Of a DNA stretch of 64,000 nt, positions 8,632 to 21,100 are shown one piece after another. Origin of the DNA: Yuukianura sp. NJ FZ-2021 (taxonomy: Eukaryota); assembly GCA_046563655.1 (NCBI GenBank), contig CM102285.1, positions 13,144,001-13,208,000 of the forward strand, given 5' to 3'. The notes beneath the pieces were generated by a model that did no database searches, was not told where the DNA came from, and was given only the letters and a program-made list of their open reading frames with translations. The position numbers were made by a program, and so were the translations under genes. Numbering within the stretch: the first letter of the stretch is position 1; each line of letters starts with the position of its first letter.

Positions 8632-11600
8632 TTACTTTTCTCGTTTCGTAGAAATGGAAGGGTTTCCCACTGGTTCGGGAGACTGCGGACCTGGAACAAT
8701 TTAACGAATTTTGGTTTAGAATTTCGTTTTGTTAAAACAAATCTTTTTGTAAATTAAAAACTTACTGGAATCAGATGAAGATGAAGGTGACAACTGGCTG
8801 TGACTGCTAGCAGAAGAATCGGCCAGTCGTGACTTCAGTTCTCGTTCGCGATACATCCGAGCTGTTTGCGAATACAGTAGTTCCTCTTGAACCAGTTTCC
8901 GAGCTTCTCGTTCCCTCTTGAGGTCAATGTTAATTCGGAAATTGCTGTCTTCCAATAGCGCCAACTTTTGTTCCAAATCTTTCTTGTCGTAAATCGGACT
9001 CTTCAGTGGAGTTCCACCGAGCGCCATTGATAATTCCATGTTATGTTTCAGTACACTGGACAACTTCAGCTGGAGTTCATCTCGCTCTTCCAGTAACTGA
9101 AAACAGTCATAAAGAAAGCAATAATAAATATCAATTTTCCTTCTTTCTTTTAACTTTCAATCTTCTTTTAAATAAAAATTCAAAACTTACCCTCGTAATT
9201 TCTACTGTAAGTTGGACACAACGTTTGTCTCGTTCATCAAGAGCGTAAATGAGACGCAGAAGCTCTTCCTGGATTTTCATGACCTTTGGATGAACGCCAG
9301 GATCTTTAGTAGCCGAATTGACCAGCATTGTGATTTCTTCCTGATATCGCTGATTCTCCATTTCCAGTCGCTTGATCCAATTTTTAAGAACAAAAGACTC
9401 TTCGTACGCTTTCATCTCCGAATTTTCAATTTCCGTTATCTTCGACTGCAGAAGTTCCATTTTTCGCTCCTTTTTGGCAATTTCGTCCTTCAGAGCTTCA
9501 ATCTCTTCTTTCAGCTTGGAAGCTTGTTGTTGTCCTTCTTGCGCTGGCAAAGTTTCAATTTTTACCAGCTCAGCATGCCTTAAAGCTTCTTCAACTTGTA
9601 TGGCCTTGGCTTCCAGCTCTGCTGTCAGTTTCTTAAATGCATCGACTTCAGATTTTAACCACGTCGCTTCCAGTTCAAGTTGTTCCTTAGCCTTAACTTC
9701 CCGTTCGAGCTCATGAATTTTACTTTGGAGTTCATCTGTAACCGTTTCAAGTTTAGATGAAAGTAGAGAGTTCTTCTCCAGCAGTTGATTCGTTTGATCC
9801 GACGCTGCTTTCAAAGAATTTTCGACGTTTAGCAGCTCTTCACATTTCGACGCAAGTTGTTGCTGGAGCATCAAGCATTCCGATTCGCGCAGTATTTCTT
9901 CTTCCTTGAGCTTATTTTGATACTCCTCCCGAGCCGTGTCCTTCGTATTCTTCCAAAGGTTCATCAGTCGCACTTTCTCACTGCGTAGGTGAACAGCTTC
10001 TTGCTTATAAGTTTCTGTTTGAATCTTCATATTGGTCAATTGTGTCCCCAGGTCACTGACCTCTTGATTCCTGAGATGATTGACCCGCGAGAGTCCTTCA
10101 ACTGCAGTGGAAATACTCTCTTCCTGAACGCTAAGCTTATTCAGAAGTTCTTGGATTTGATCTTCACTGGTGTTCAGCTGGACCCGATAGGATTCCTTCT
10201 CTTGCGTCAATTTTTCAATTTCGGTCGAACTAATTGATAAGTAATTCTGAATTGATTCAATTTGTTCTTTAGCCAAGGCGTTAAGCTCTTCTTGTTCCTG
10301 CCTGGTCACCTCACGCTCATGAGCCATAGTATCCAGTTCACTTTCAAGACGACTTATGCATTCGCTCTTGCTGTTGATGACTCCAGTGAGGTCAAGCTCC
10401 ATCTTTTCTTTGGTGTCAACATAAGACTGATAAGCAGCCATGAGCTGCTGAATTTCAAGGTTCTTGGCATGTACAGTTTCATTAATTTCGGTGGTTTTCG
10501 TTTCGACGCATGTCTGGATTTCCTGGAGCTCCGCTCGAAGATCTTGCAATTCTTCGTCTTTCTGATTTAAAAGGATTTCTAGCGATGATAATTTGGAAGT
10601 AGCCTGTTCTAAAGCGTTTTGGCTTTGAATTTCTTGCAATGATAGCCGTGTATTTAAATCTTCAAGGGCGTTACTCTCCTGTCGGAATGCAATTTCATCA
10701 GCTTCGCGTCTCCTGTGAAGGGTATCCAATTCAGCTTCCTTCCGCTGCAGCTCCGTTTCTTGCAATGAAATTTGTTTACGCAATTCTTCTACAGTTTCTG
10801 CATGCTTCTCCATTTCTGTGTGTTTGAAGCTGAGGTTGGACGATAAATATTCCGTATGCTTTTGATGTTCCTGAAGATCAGTTTCATAAACAAGAAGTGT
10901 GTTTCGGAGAGACTTTATTTCTTCCTCCATTTCTTGCAATTTTATTTCCTGAGGCAGTCTGGCACGAAGATGTTGCAGTTCTTGTTCCTTGTCGCGTAAA
11001 TCGTATGCATGAGAGGTGATTTCAATACGAAAATCTTCTAGCGTTTTATCCTTTTCGACCAATTCGTTTTCAAGCATGGCGATTTTGGAGACTAGATCGG
11101 AATTGCGGTCCTCGGCGGCGTCCAGGCGCTGACTCTGCTTCTCGAAGTTTTGCTTCCTCAATTCCTCAATGCAGCGATTCTGAAGGGTGACAAATTGACT
11201 GTGAGAGGCGTCGGGTGATGATGAAGGGGGACAATCTGTTTCGTCAGTTTCGGTATACTTGTCTAATTTGGGAATATAAATTGGATCGGTTTCGGAGTCT
11301 ACCATGTCAGCGATTTTTAATACATTTCTGGACAAATCAGCGACCGATGACGATTTTTCTTCATTCTTCGTTTCGCTAAGTTTTAGTTCCTCTGGCGCTG
11401 TTGTTGCAGTCGTCTTATAACGCTCTTGGTCTTCCAGTATTAGCTGTACGTCCTCGAGTTCTTTAACTTCCTGCGCAAGCATCTTCTTATAATTCTCTTC
11501 ATGACCTTTCAGCATTAGCTGTACGTCCTCCAGTTCTTTAACTTTCTGCGCAAGCATTTCTTCATAATCATTATGTTTTGACTGAAGTTCCTTCATTGCA

Positions 11601-12912
11601 GCTTTTGATGCTGTGGCGTCTTTGACTGCTGCTTTGGCGGCTATTTGGTATTTTTTCGCTTCACGTTCAACTTTTTCGAGTTGTTTGGCTTTTAGGTTCA
11701 CTTGTTCCTCAAATTCATCGCATCTTCTTTGAATCTCCATCAAGTCTTCATCTTTTGACAAAAGTTCGTCCTTGAAACGCTCTAATTCTTCTTTGAGTTG
11801 TTGATTATCAGTAGATTCTACTTCGCGAAGTTTGTACTCTTCAAATTCGGCTTGGAGTTTTTCATAATCCCGCGTAACCATTTGATATCCACCGATGATC
11901 TCGCTTTGCTGATCTTGCAGTTCTTTCAATTCAGCCTGTGCCTCAGCCAAAGCTCGAGCCATTCCTTCTCCGTCTTGTTCCAAACTATGAAATTGAGTCG
12001 GAAGACATTTTAGTAGATTTAGTTTAGTCTCGAGCAGCGATTCACCAGCATCAGTTCCGCTGCCACTATCATCTGGAGGTGCTGCAGGAAGATAAGTTTT
12101 AAAATGCGCAAGGAGGTCATCCAACACAAGGTTGACTTCTTCCATTTGTTCGTCTTTGGCGACAATGTTTACTTTCATGGCCTTCAAATCCGAGGATAGG
12201 GATGAGATTGATAAAGATTCTACGTTCTTCTCCAGAAGAATTGTTTCTAACTGATGCTTGACCTCTTTGCACTCTTCCTCTTTTTCGGACAGCGATTTCC
12301 GAGCGATAGCCAACTGCTCATTCAGGGAATTTACTTGCTCCTCAAGCTCAAAATCTTTCCCGCTTTGGGATGATGCTTTACTACTTGAGCTTTCCATTTC
12401 ACATGGCTTGATTTTTACAAACTTTTCGTCCTCGACGGCAGATTCTTCTGAACCGGTTGATAGGCTCATGAGTGAGATAGGCACTGCCGGGTGACCCTGA
12501 CTAGAACGAACGCTTGAAGTTTCGGCTGAATTGTCTTCATCTCCATGTCCAGTCGACTTGCCGTGGGAGGCTATAATTCATAAAAGTTGCATTACGTGTT
12601 TCGGTTGAAATGGAGCGAGAGAATGGAGTGAGAAGCTTTGTAACAGCCAAACAATGCATACCTTTTGAACGAGCTAATAGACTCATCAGACGTAACTTTT
12701 CAGCTTGCAAGGCTATATTCTCTTCACGAAGTTCTTCGAGGTCAAGGTCAACGTTTGGTGTGCTCTGTTAGAATACCATAAAACATAAGTTTGTAGTGTA
12801 CTAACTCTTTGACTCATCGCTTCATTCATCAGCGTTTCCTTACTTCGTGCAGAGGCTGAGGTTCATCAGGTGATAATTCAATGTCTTCCATAGCACCAAC
12901 CAGATCGTCCAT
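8632..12912 (-). CDS. Long coiled-coil golgin-like protein, lava lamp-like; exons 12912-12844, 12764-12662, 12570-9191, 9096-8766, 8690-8632
   Basis: 1117-aa E/K/Q/L-rich heptad ORF extended by frame-consistent GT-AG exons. An in-frame stop lies upstream of ATG 12912. The C-terminal segment LIYALDERDKRCVQLTVEITRLLEERDELQLKLS resembles the insect lava lamp C-terminal motif as I recall it. Likely 5' UTR exons extend to ~13500. Confidence 0.75.
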
Positions 12913-13724
12913 CACAGCAAGACCGTCTTTGGTCCTGAGCTAGCTACTCCCGATATGGAAAAACAACTGGAACACGGACCCTGAATTGTTCGACGCTGCT
13001 GGATCAGAAATTCACCACCACCACCACCTGTAATTAGCAATTCAAACAGCAAAATCATAACCAATACCAAGAACTGAAAAACCGATCTACATTATGCTTG
13101 AATATTTCGTTTACCAGACTGTTGTGCAAAACACCGAGCAGCTCCACTATCGCGTCAGTGTTCCAGTTTCCCTTTCCAGATGGCAAATAGGTTGGATCTA
13201 AATTAAAACAAAATTAAATCATGGAATGTAAAATTTCGAAAGAAAGAGCAATTCAATTGATTTGAGTGACACTGACAACATTTTTTGTTCTTTTAGGTAA
13301 TAAATTATTTTCTCGCATTTACCGCCATATTTATTTTGCAGTCTCAATTAAAGAACATCAAAATCGCAATAAAGAAGGCAGTTTAGTCAATTAAAAAAAC
13401 TACCTCAGTTAAGTGCCCCCTTTGTGTCGTCGCCTGTCAGACTTATCAACCAAATCAGTTTATAATTAGCTAACTACAATCATAACAGCTGTTCAAGTCC
13501 CGTTAATCGTTCAGTTAATCTTTTGTTGTTGTTTTTCTTTAATTTAAATTTGTTGACATTAGTGTTGAGGAAAGACGGAGTTGCATTTGTTGTGACCACC
13601 AGCGCCTGCCTGAATAGCAACAGGAATAATTCAGCACCCCACTTTTCGGAACGTAAGTTACCTACACTGTAGTACGTTAGTTAGGGAGTACCAAAAAATT
13701 TATTCTGGGATGAGGAATTGCTAA

Positions 13725-14610
13725 AGGCCTGTTTATACCGGACCACTGGATGGATTTTCCTTCCACTGGACTGCAATCCAGTCGTTCACACCAGATTTAA
13801 TCCGTCTGGATGGATCATCCAGAGAAAGTTGGGGTGGATTTTTTTTCCACTGGACTGGATTTCCATCGTTCACACCGAAAAATCCGTCCATGGAAATTTT
13901 TTCCACTGGATTTTCTTGTAATGTTGAGAGATGGGAGAAACGATCCAGACCAAAAGTTCACTCAGTTCAACTTTTGGTCTGGATTGATCATCAAATTTGC
14001 AGTGTGCCCCAATCACACATGGGAACTTTTGAGACAATAAGCTCGAATGACGAAACTAATCTCAAAAGTACAGTTTTTGGAATGTTAATTACTTTTTTAA
14101 ATAATTAGTCAAAGTAAATAGGTTGAATTACGCCTAACAACGTATCAACATTTAATTTAACCTACTAATACGAGGTTAGCGCTAACCTGAGAGTAACAAT
14201 TAATCTGTCATGTGCAAGTATTGCTAGTCCTTGTATGTATACTGAAAAAAATGTTCTGGTATAATTCGTATCATACGTTCTCTGAATCTTCAATATCTCC
14301 TGAGTCTTCCATTGTTAACTATAATTAGTTATTTTGATGTTCTCAGCTGTTGAAAACAGCAATTAACTCTTTGTTGACACATTTCAACTTTGAATGGAAA
14401 GGCAGGCGCCTTTCTGAAATCCAGGGTGGAAAAACAGCTTTCATACCGCGTCCCTGGATTTTTTTTCCACTGGATGGAAAATCCATCCATGGAAAAAAAA
14501 TCCACCCATCACTTTCCCCAAAATCTGGTATGAACGAGACAAATTTTTTCCACTGGACTGGACGTCCAGTGGAAGGAAAATCCATCCAGAGCTCCGGTAT
14601 AAACGGCCCT
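13725..14610. mobile_element. Non-autonomous PIF/Harbinger-like element (886 bp), TAA TSD
   Basis: Left AGGCCTGTTTATACCGGACCACTGGATGGATTTTCCTTCCACTGGAC vs right GTCCAGTGGAAGGAAAATCCATCCAGAGCTCCGGTATAAACGGCCCT. TAA on both sides (13722-24, 14611-13). Repeated subterminal TTTTCCACTGGA. No transposase ORF. Confidence 0.85.
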
Positions 14611-15197
14611 TAAGTCTCAGGACTCAGGAATACCTTCTTCTTGGTGAAAATATTTTCATGAGATAATTTTGCTACTTCAACCATAATTTGAATTGAAATT
14701 GGTGACAATTTTCGCGCCAAAACACTGACGATCTTTGTCTCATTCGGGAATTCCATTGGCGAGGCGCGAAATTGTATTTGATTTTCATATTTTGAAATCT
14801 CACAAAAATTAAAACAAAACAAACAAATAAAAATAAAATCATAAAGTTCTCTTCTTTTCAACTTCAACCGTTGAATTGAAGTTTCAACAAATATCAAAAT
14901 ACATAAATCGACGGTTGATTTTTAGACAATGGGTGTTTGACATTGTTGCATCCGAGTGTTTGTTTTGTTCAGGCGATTAGTCTGAAAGTTGAATGTCATT
15001 GACTGTACGGGACTCGTTGAGTTTTTCAGGTTGAAGTTCATAGGATAGACGTTTTTTTTTAATCGTGAGTCGTCGCCATCATACCAGCAGAAGAAGAAGG
15101 AACGTCAACGTTATTCAGGAATGCTGTTTAGTGACAGGAAGAGGAAGACGACACAAACTGTCAGCTGAACTCCGCTACTGTGACTGCAGTAATCACG

Positions 15198-18100
15198 ATG
15201 TCCAATATTAGTAAATCGGAGCGGATCAAGCAACTGAAGGAAGTTCTTAAAAAGAAGCATGATCAGGAAACCGAATTAAAGTTGAAGGCCACTACTGATC
15301 AAGCATTTAATAGATTCAGCAAGTACCGCCGTTCATGTGGTTCGGTGCAATCTTCAAGTACGTTAAATCTTACTTTTTTAACGTCTAACATATTTTACAT
15401 CACCTTTATTCGCCTGGTTAACTTATATCGATTAACATTTGTATGGCCAGATTACATCAAAAGAGCTGTGGCAATTTCTACTTCAAAAGACGACTCATTT
15501 CGAACCCCGGACCCATGTCGAGATCCATCATTGGATGTAAATTCCAACACAGTGACAATTATAGTTTGGGATTATAAGGACACGTTTACTCTTTTGTTTC
15601 TCAATTTCAGGGAATCAAAACGGGAAATGTCCATGAACTCGCTACATCATTCGAAAGTCACCAAGGCAAGTTGATACTGTGGATTCCAGAGTCTGTAATC
15701 CCCTTGTGGAAAGTCGTGCTAACCTAAATGACATGAACTCCTTCCATAACATGCTATGTACTATATGGTTGACTCTTTTTTTTCGCGCAGATCTTGGCCC
15801 TGGAAGATCTGCTGGTGTAGACCTCTCACTTCACTATTATGCACAAAAGCCAGATCACAAAAACTCCAGTTATTCGCCTAAGTTTCAATCAAAATCAAGC
15901 GACCAGTTGGCTGAAGGGAGGCAAAGTCCGACAACTTCTCGAAGACGCATACCATCCATTCTGAAACGGAAAGATGACAACCACTCATCTGTCGGAGCAA
16001 GCGTGTCTTTTGACCTCGACCCAACTATCTCCGATCCAATACCTCGAACAAAGAGTACCGACAGCAATATCAGCTGTGACACAGAGACTGGTTACTGGTC
16101 CGGAGGAGAAAATTTACCGTCCCGCATTCTAAAATCTCGAGTCAAAACTAAAGACGCCCAATACAATGGTAAGGGTACTTCAGATGGTTCCATGTAATTT
16201 GGTCGCAAGTAATAAGGTCGCAAACGCAAAGGTCGGCAAACCTAACCTAACCTTGGAAATAGAAATGAACCCTAACTGAAAGAAAATGCTCTACATTTGC
16301 CGACATCTGCGTTTGCGACCTTATTACTTGCGACCAAATTACATGCTACGCTTCAGATAACACATGATACTGAGCATTTTGTAGAATGTGGTGGTTAGTG
16401 ACTAATTCAAGTATTGTTATGCTTTTGCAGCAGATCAAAAGTCTATTCTCAAGGACCGCCGTGCGTCGTTAGGAAGCACCATTTCTCCTCCCGAATCCAC
16501 TCTTCATGGAATACTCAAACGGAAATTGTCATACGACAGTGCAACTATCCTGCACGGTGCTAACTCTTTTTCAACAAATTCGCTGGATTGTGTTACCAAC
16601 TCAGAACCAAAACCAATTCTCAAAAAGAAGTCAAGCTCCGAAGATTTGGATGAAGCTGAATGGACAAATCCAAAACCGATTCTCAAAAAACAAAGTCTCC
16701 GTGGGGACCACTCGCATTCTTCAAGTTCGGATGGCCTTGATGACAGTACTATTCGTCCAATTCTCAAGAAGTCAGTGCATTTAGAAGAGAAACCTCTACC
16801 CAACGAAGCAGCCTTCAGCAGCAGCAGTAGTGGTCGTGGGATATTAAAGCGAACTGGACGTAAAGGGTCTTCAAATTATTACTCAATGGAAGAATCCTTA
16901 CATTTCTCTTCAGACCGGTAAGCTGTCATGTTTTTTTCAATTTTTATTTTGTCATTTTTGTCGCTCCGATTAAGCACGGTTTACATTCTTCTTCTTCTTT
17001 TTCCCGGGACGGTTTTTACTCGCTTCCGCTTCCATGCAGTTATGTTAGTTTATTATTCAGCAGGTTAGCCGTGAATACTTTGATCATGACTTTGATTGTC
17101 ATTCACTTTTCTGTACATGAATATGCAATCTCAATACACAAATCATACGCATCAGATTCGCTAAATAATCAAAGCATGGATCAACCCGCACATTTCCCTA
17201 AAAATTATATGTTTTCTTCATTTTTCCTATTTTATAAAAATTCTTCCACTCGAGGGAAAACGCTGGGACAAAAAATATTTGTGGTTTTCATTTAAAGTTG
17301 AGCATAATTTGAGCAACAGTGTCTCTGTCTGCCTTTCCACTCCTTGCGTTGTCGTATGGTTGAATAAGCGGTGTTAAGTCTGAGGTCTATTTTGGTATCC
17401 CAACCTCGGTTTTCTTCCTGTTTCGAGCTTTAGGTGACAAAATTTCTGCTACTTTTTGTGTGATTCTTTCCTCTTCCAAGAAAGGAGTTTGGATCTTCTA
17501 ACTATTTATAGCGTACATTCTCAGAATCCCAGCAAAAATTTCATTCTTTCTTGTTTCAATTAACTTGAAGGAAAAACACGTATGGCATTTTATTAACTTT
17601 TAATGTAGTACGTCAAAAACGCTATGGTTTGCAAACGTAAGTAATCAAAATTTGATTATTTTTTGCAGAACTGAACCAGAGAATTGCGGATATTATGGGT
17701 ACGGTGTACGCCACGGATCACTGCCAAATCCTGAAAATGCCGTAGGAGATTTAAGCAACTTGACGTTTCAAATGGAAAAGAACATTGGACGCACGGACAG
17801 CGAAGAGGACATTATCTCGACGCTGACGGTGGCTGAAAAGCGATCAATTTTTATACAAATGGAGATGGAAAATGCTAAAGCCAGCAGCGTTCGAGTAGAA
17901 AAACGCCACGCGACTCAACCTGTGACACTTGATGAGATTGAAAAGGCCTCACAACTTATGAAACAACAAATTAGTACAATTCCAATCGAACAATTGAAAA
18001 GTAGTATCATGAAAGAAGAACCAAAACAACTTCTGGGGACCATGTTGGGAGAATTATGTGAACGGAAAAACAGTACAGATGCTGCAGTAGCTTCGTGTTC

Positions 18101-21100
18101 TACAGTGAAAAAATCTGGACCAATTCCGAGAAGTGCATCAATAGACAGCTCGACGCCTTTGTCACACTCAACAAATTTAGCAACAGGTAGATAAATTTCA
18201 TCAATTTTGCACAAGTTTTTTTTTACTACGTCGTGTGACAAAATGTGACACATCCTTGTGTTTTTTTTTGGTGTGTAAATTGCAAAAAGCTGTGTGTTTT
18301 TCTTTTAAGTTTTTCCTTTTGCACTGCTTTAAGGAAAGTCCATGACCTTGCTTGATGTGACTACGCTCAAGGCGACAGAATCAAATTCTCAAGAGGATCC
18401 GTCCAAATTAAGTGTCTGGGAACGAGTGGAAATGTTCAACGTTTTTACGTCTTCAGCGTCATCTTCGTTCTGTCGATCTCTCAAAAAACCTGTCACATCT
18501 AAACGCTTCCAGACGCAACCAATTACTGACCTTGAGCATCGCTATATCCAAAGCTGTAATTTCTCAGTTTTCATTTTTTTTACTTTTTTTTTTTGCGAAT
18601 TTTGCTTGTTTTTGGTTTTAATTTTTACGTTCTCCTTAACCTTCATGCATCACGTTTTATTGTCTTTTTTTTATTGCACATGCGTTTCTTATTTGTTTTT
18701 TAGAGTCATTTGCTGTGAAATGATGGCAATGATTGACATTATTTTTCCGCTCTAACGATGTACTGAAAATGATGATGTTCGCAACAGATTACAATTGACA
18801 GTGAATATGTGAATGACTTGTGTAGTAGAACTTGTCGAAGATGAGAAAAAATGTTTTTAAGGCTATCGTTACCATTAATCTCTTTTTCGCAATGTGAGAA
18901 ATGCGTCTCGAGCTAATCTGCTAATCGCTAAAGTATCTCGAAACTGAGAATGAGCAAGTACTACAAGTATTTTGTTTGCTATTATTTCAGGTGTTGGAAT
19001 TGGACCGCATGAAGTCAAAGCGAATGTTGTCGATGAATTTGAACTACTGCAAGCACCGAAGGGTAGCCGACGAGAAATAGACTGTGGCGAAGGTAATGGA
19101 CCTTACGTTTTACGTTTGCTTTACGTTACGTTTAATTCCGAAATGCATTTTTCACTCTTCTTTTTTCATTTGTTATTCTGCAGATTCATCTAAAGCTGCA
19201 CCTCCATCGAGCGAAGACGACGACGACGAAGGCAGCGACGGCGACATGCACGACAATCTACGCTGTCGAGGTGTTGCTTCGGTTAGTGCGTCTTCCAGTG
19301 ATGCTGACGACGAACAAGGCGTAATTGATGACCAGCAGGATCAAAGGTGAGTGAATATTGTTGTTTTCGTGTTTTTAAGCCAATTCGAACTTTGTAATTG
19401 TAATTCAACTAATTATTTTCATGGACAAATTGACCTTGACGCTTGTCTGAGGTGAGGGTTGGGCTGGAGAAATTATGTCTGTGCGATCTAAAATTATTGT
19501 GGTTTATAATAATAGTAATTTATTGTCTGACTGCACTGCAAGGTGTGTTTCTGTCCAAAAAAAAAAGTGGTGAAGGTTAATCGAAAAATCGATCGTTAAC
19601 GTGATGGACGCTATTTATTTTACGTTGTCTTTTGATACTAGGCTTAAAGGTTCCCGTGTGTGAGATTAAGTATAGCTACTGAGATTTTTTGCCAATTTTT
19701 TTAGTTCCAGCTTTTCGTGCTCTTATCCCTGTGTGTGACCTTTAGAAAAAGACAAACTCTGAATTCTGGAAGGAGATTGCGAGGGGATGATGAAAAGGTT
19801 GCCACTTGGCATATGGCTCTCAGTCCATACTTTCCTATTCTGTGGACAGATACTGCTAATTTTAACAATACAATTTGCGAAAAAGCAATATAAAAGTGAT
19901 CTTCTCAAGGCTACTTTTGCTTAGTGCGGTTGTGGTTGTGGTCTACCTTTTGTAGGAGAGGCGTTCCGTTCCAATGCTTCTAACAAAAGGAGACAATTTG
20001 TGCAAATAATGCCTTTTTTCGGAGGTTGTTCTGTTTGCGAATTGGTTCGTTTTCGAAAAAAAAGCTGCATTTTTAGAAACTTTTGAAAGAGAGCACACAA
20101 CAGGCAGTGTTGCGGTTTTGGAAATTGCAACTGTTGACTATTGCGACTCGAAATTCGCGAGTGGAAGGCTTATAGTCTTTGATGTAAAGTACTAAAAAGT
20201 GCTTGTGCTCCTTCCGTAGTACTTTTTTGCAAGTTCATTCCAAGTTGAATGCTCGTCTAGAGCACTAGAGACTAGGAACTGGTTCCAAGAATTTTGCAAA
20301 TCATGGAACAATACTGAGAAGTGCGCTCGCAAGTGACAAATAATTTGAGGGAGTAAATAGTAACTGTGCAATTGTGAAGTGAAGTTGTGAAGTGTTTTGT
20401 GTAACCAAGTTTGTGCATAATTGATGTGACTGTAAGCGTTGGTGTTAATTACTGTAATGGACTGGTGCGTAGGATTTTTGTAAAATCAAATTATTGAAAT
20501 AGTGTGACTTTTGCTAACTGATCTGTGTACTAAGATCAAAAGTTGTAAATGTCAAATGCAAAGTAAGGCTTGGGTGTGTACTTTTCTTGATTTTCAACAT
20601 CCCACGCCATCGAATCTTCACATCGCCATTTAAATTAGAGGTAGAGGGACATTTTAATTATTGACCAGGCGTAATCAAGTTGCTTTTCAATTCATGTATT
20701 GTTTTGAAAACACAAAAGACAAGTACTACTATACAAAAGTACCGTTTTGCTTTAACTTTTTTTGTGCTTTTGATGTTTTTCCTTGTATTGCATAATGCCA
20801 AGTGCTGCGGAACGAGTTAGTTTTATTGTTTGTAGGACAAAAACTGAGAGAGACGTGGTTAAAGTAAGAGATTTAAGTAGGACATTTTATGGGAAGTGAC
20901 GACGAGCTAAAGTGTTTAGCAACATTAATGCTAACTCTTTGTTGCAAAACGATAGGCAATAAGTATGGCTATGGGCTTATTATTGGAAGGCAGGGGTCGT
21001 GTGAATGTCGATTAGGATCTGGTGGCTGTTACAACGGTTCATTGGCTTTGCTGGTGGCTCTGTTTTGACGTTGAGAGTCCCATTTATTCGTCAGTGGGAG

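Noticed and set aside
9006..12494. Multiple + strand ORFs over the golgin gene, and similar overlapping ORFs over SVIL, NPEPL1 and the Tweedle-like gene
   Set aside because: Antisense or off-frame shadows of real coding exons.
13718..14613. Short ORFs with repeated WIFFPLD
   Set aside because: Translation of the subterminal DNA repeats of the Harbinger-like element; no transposase motifs.
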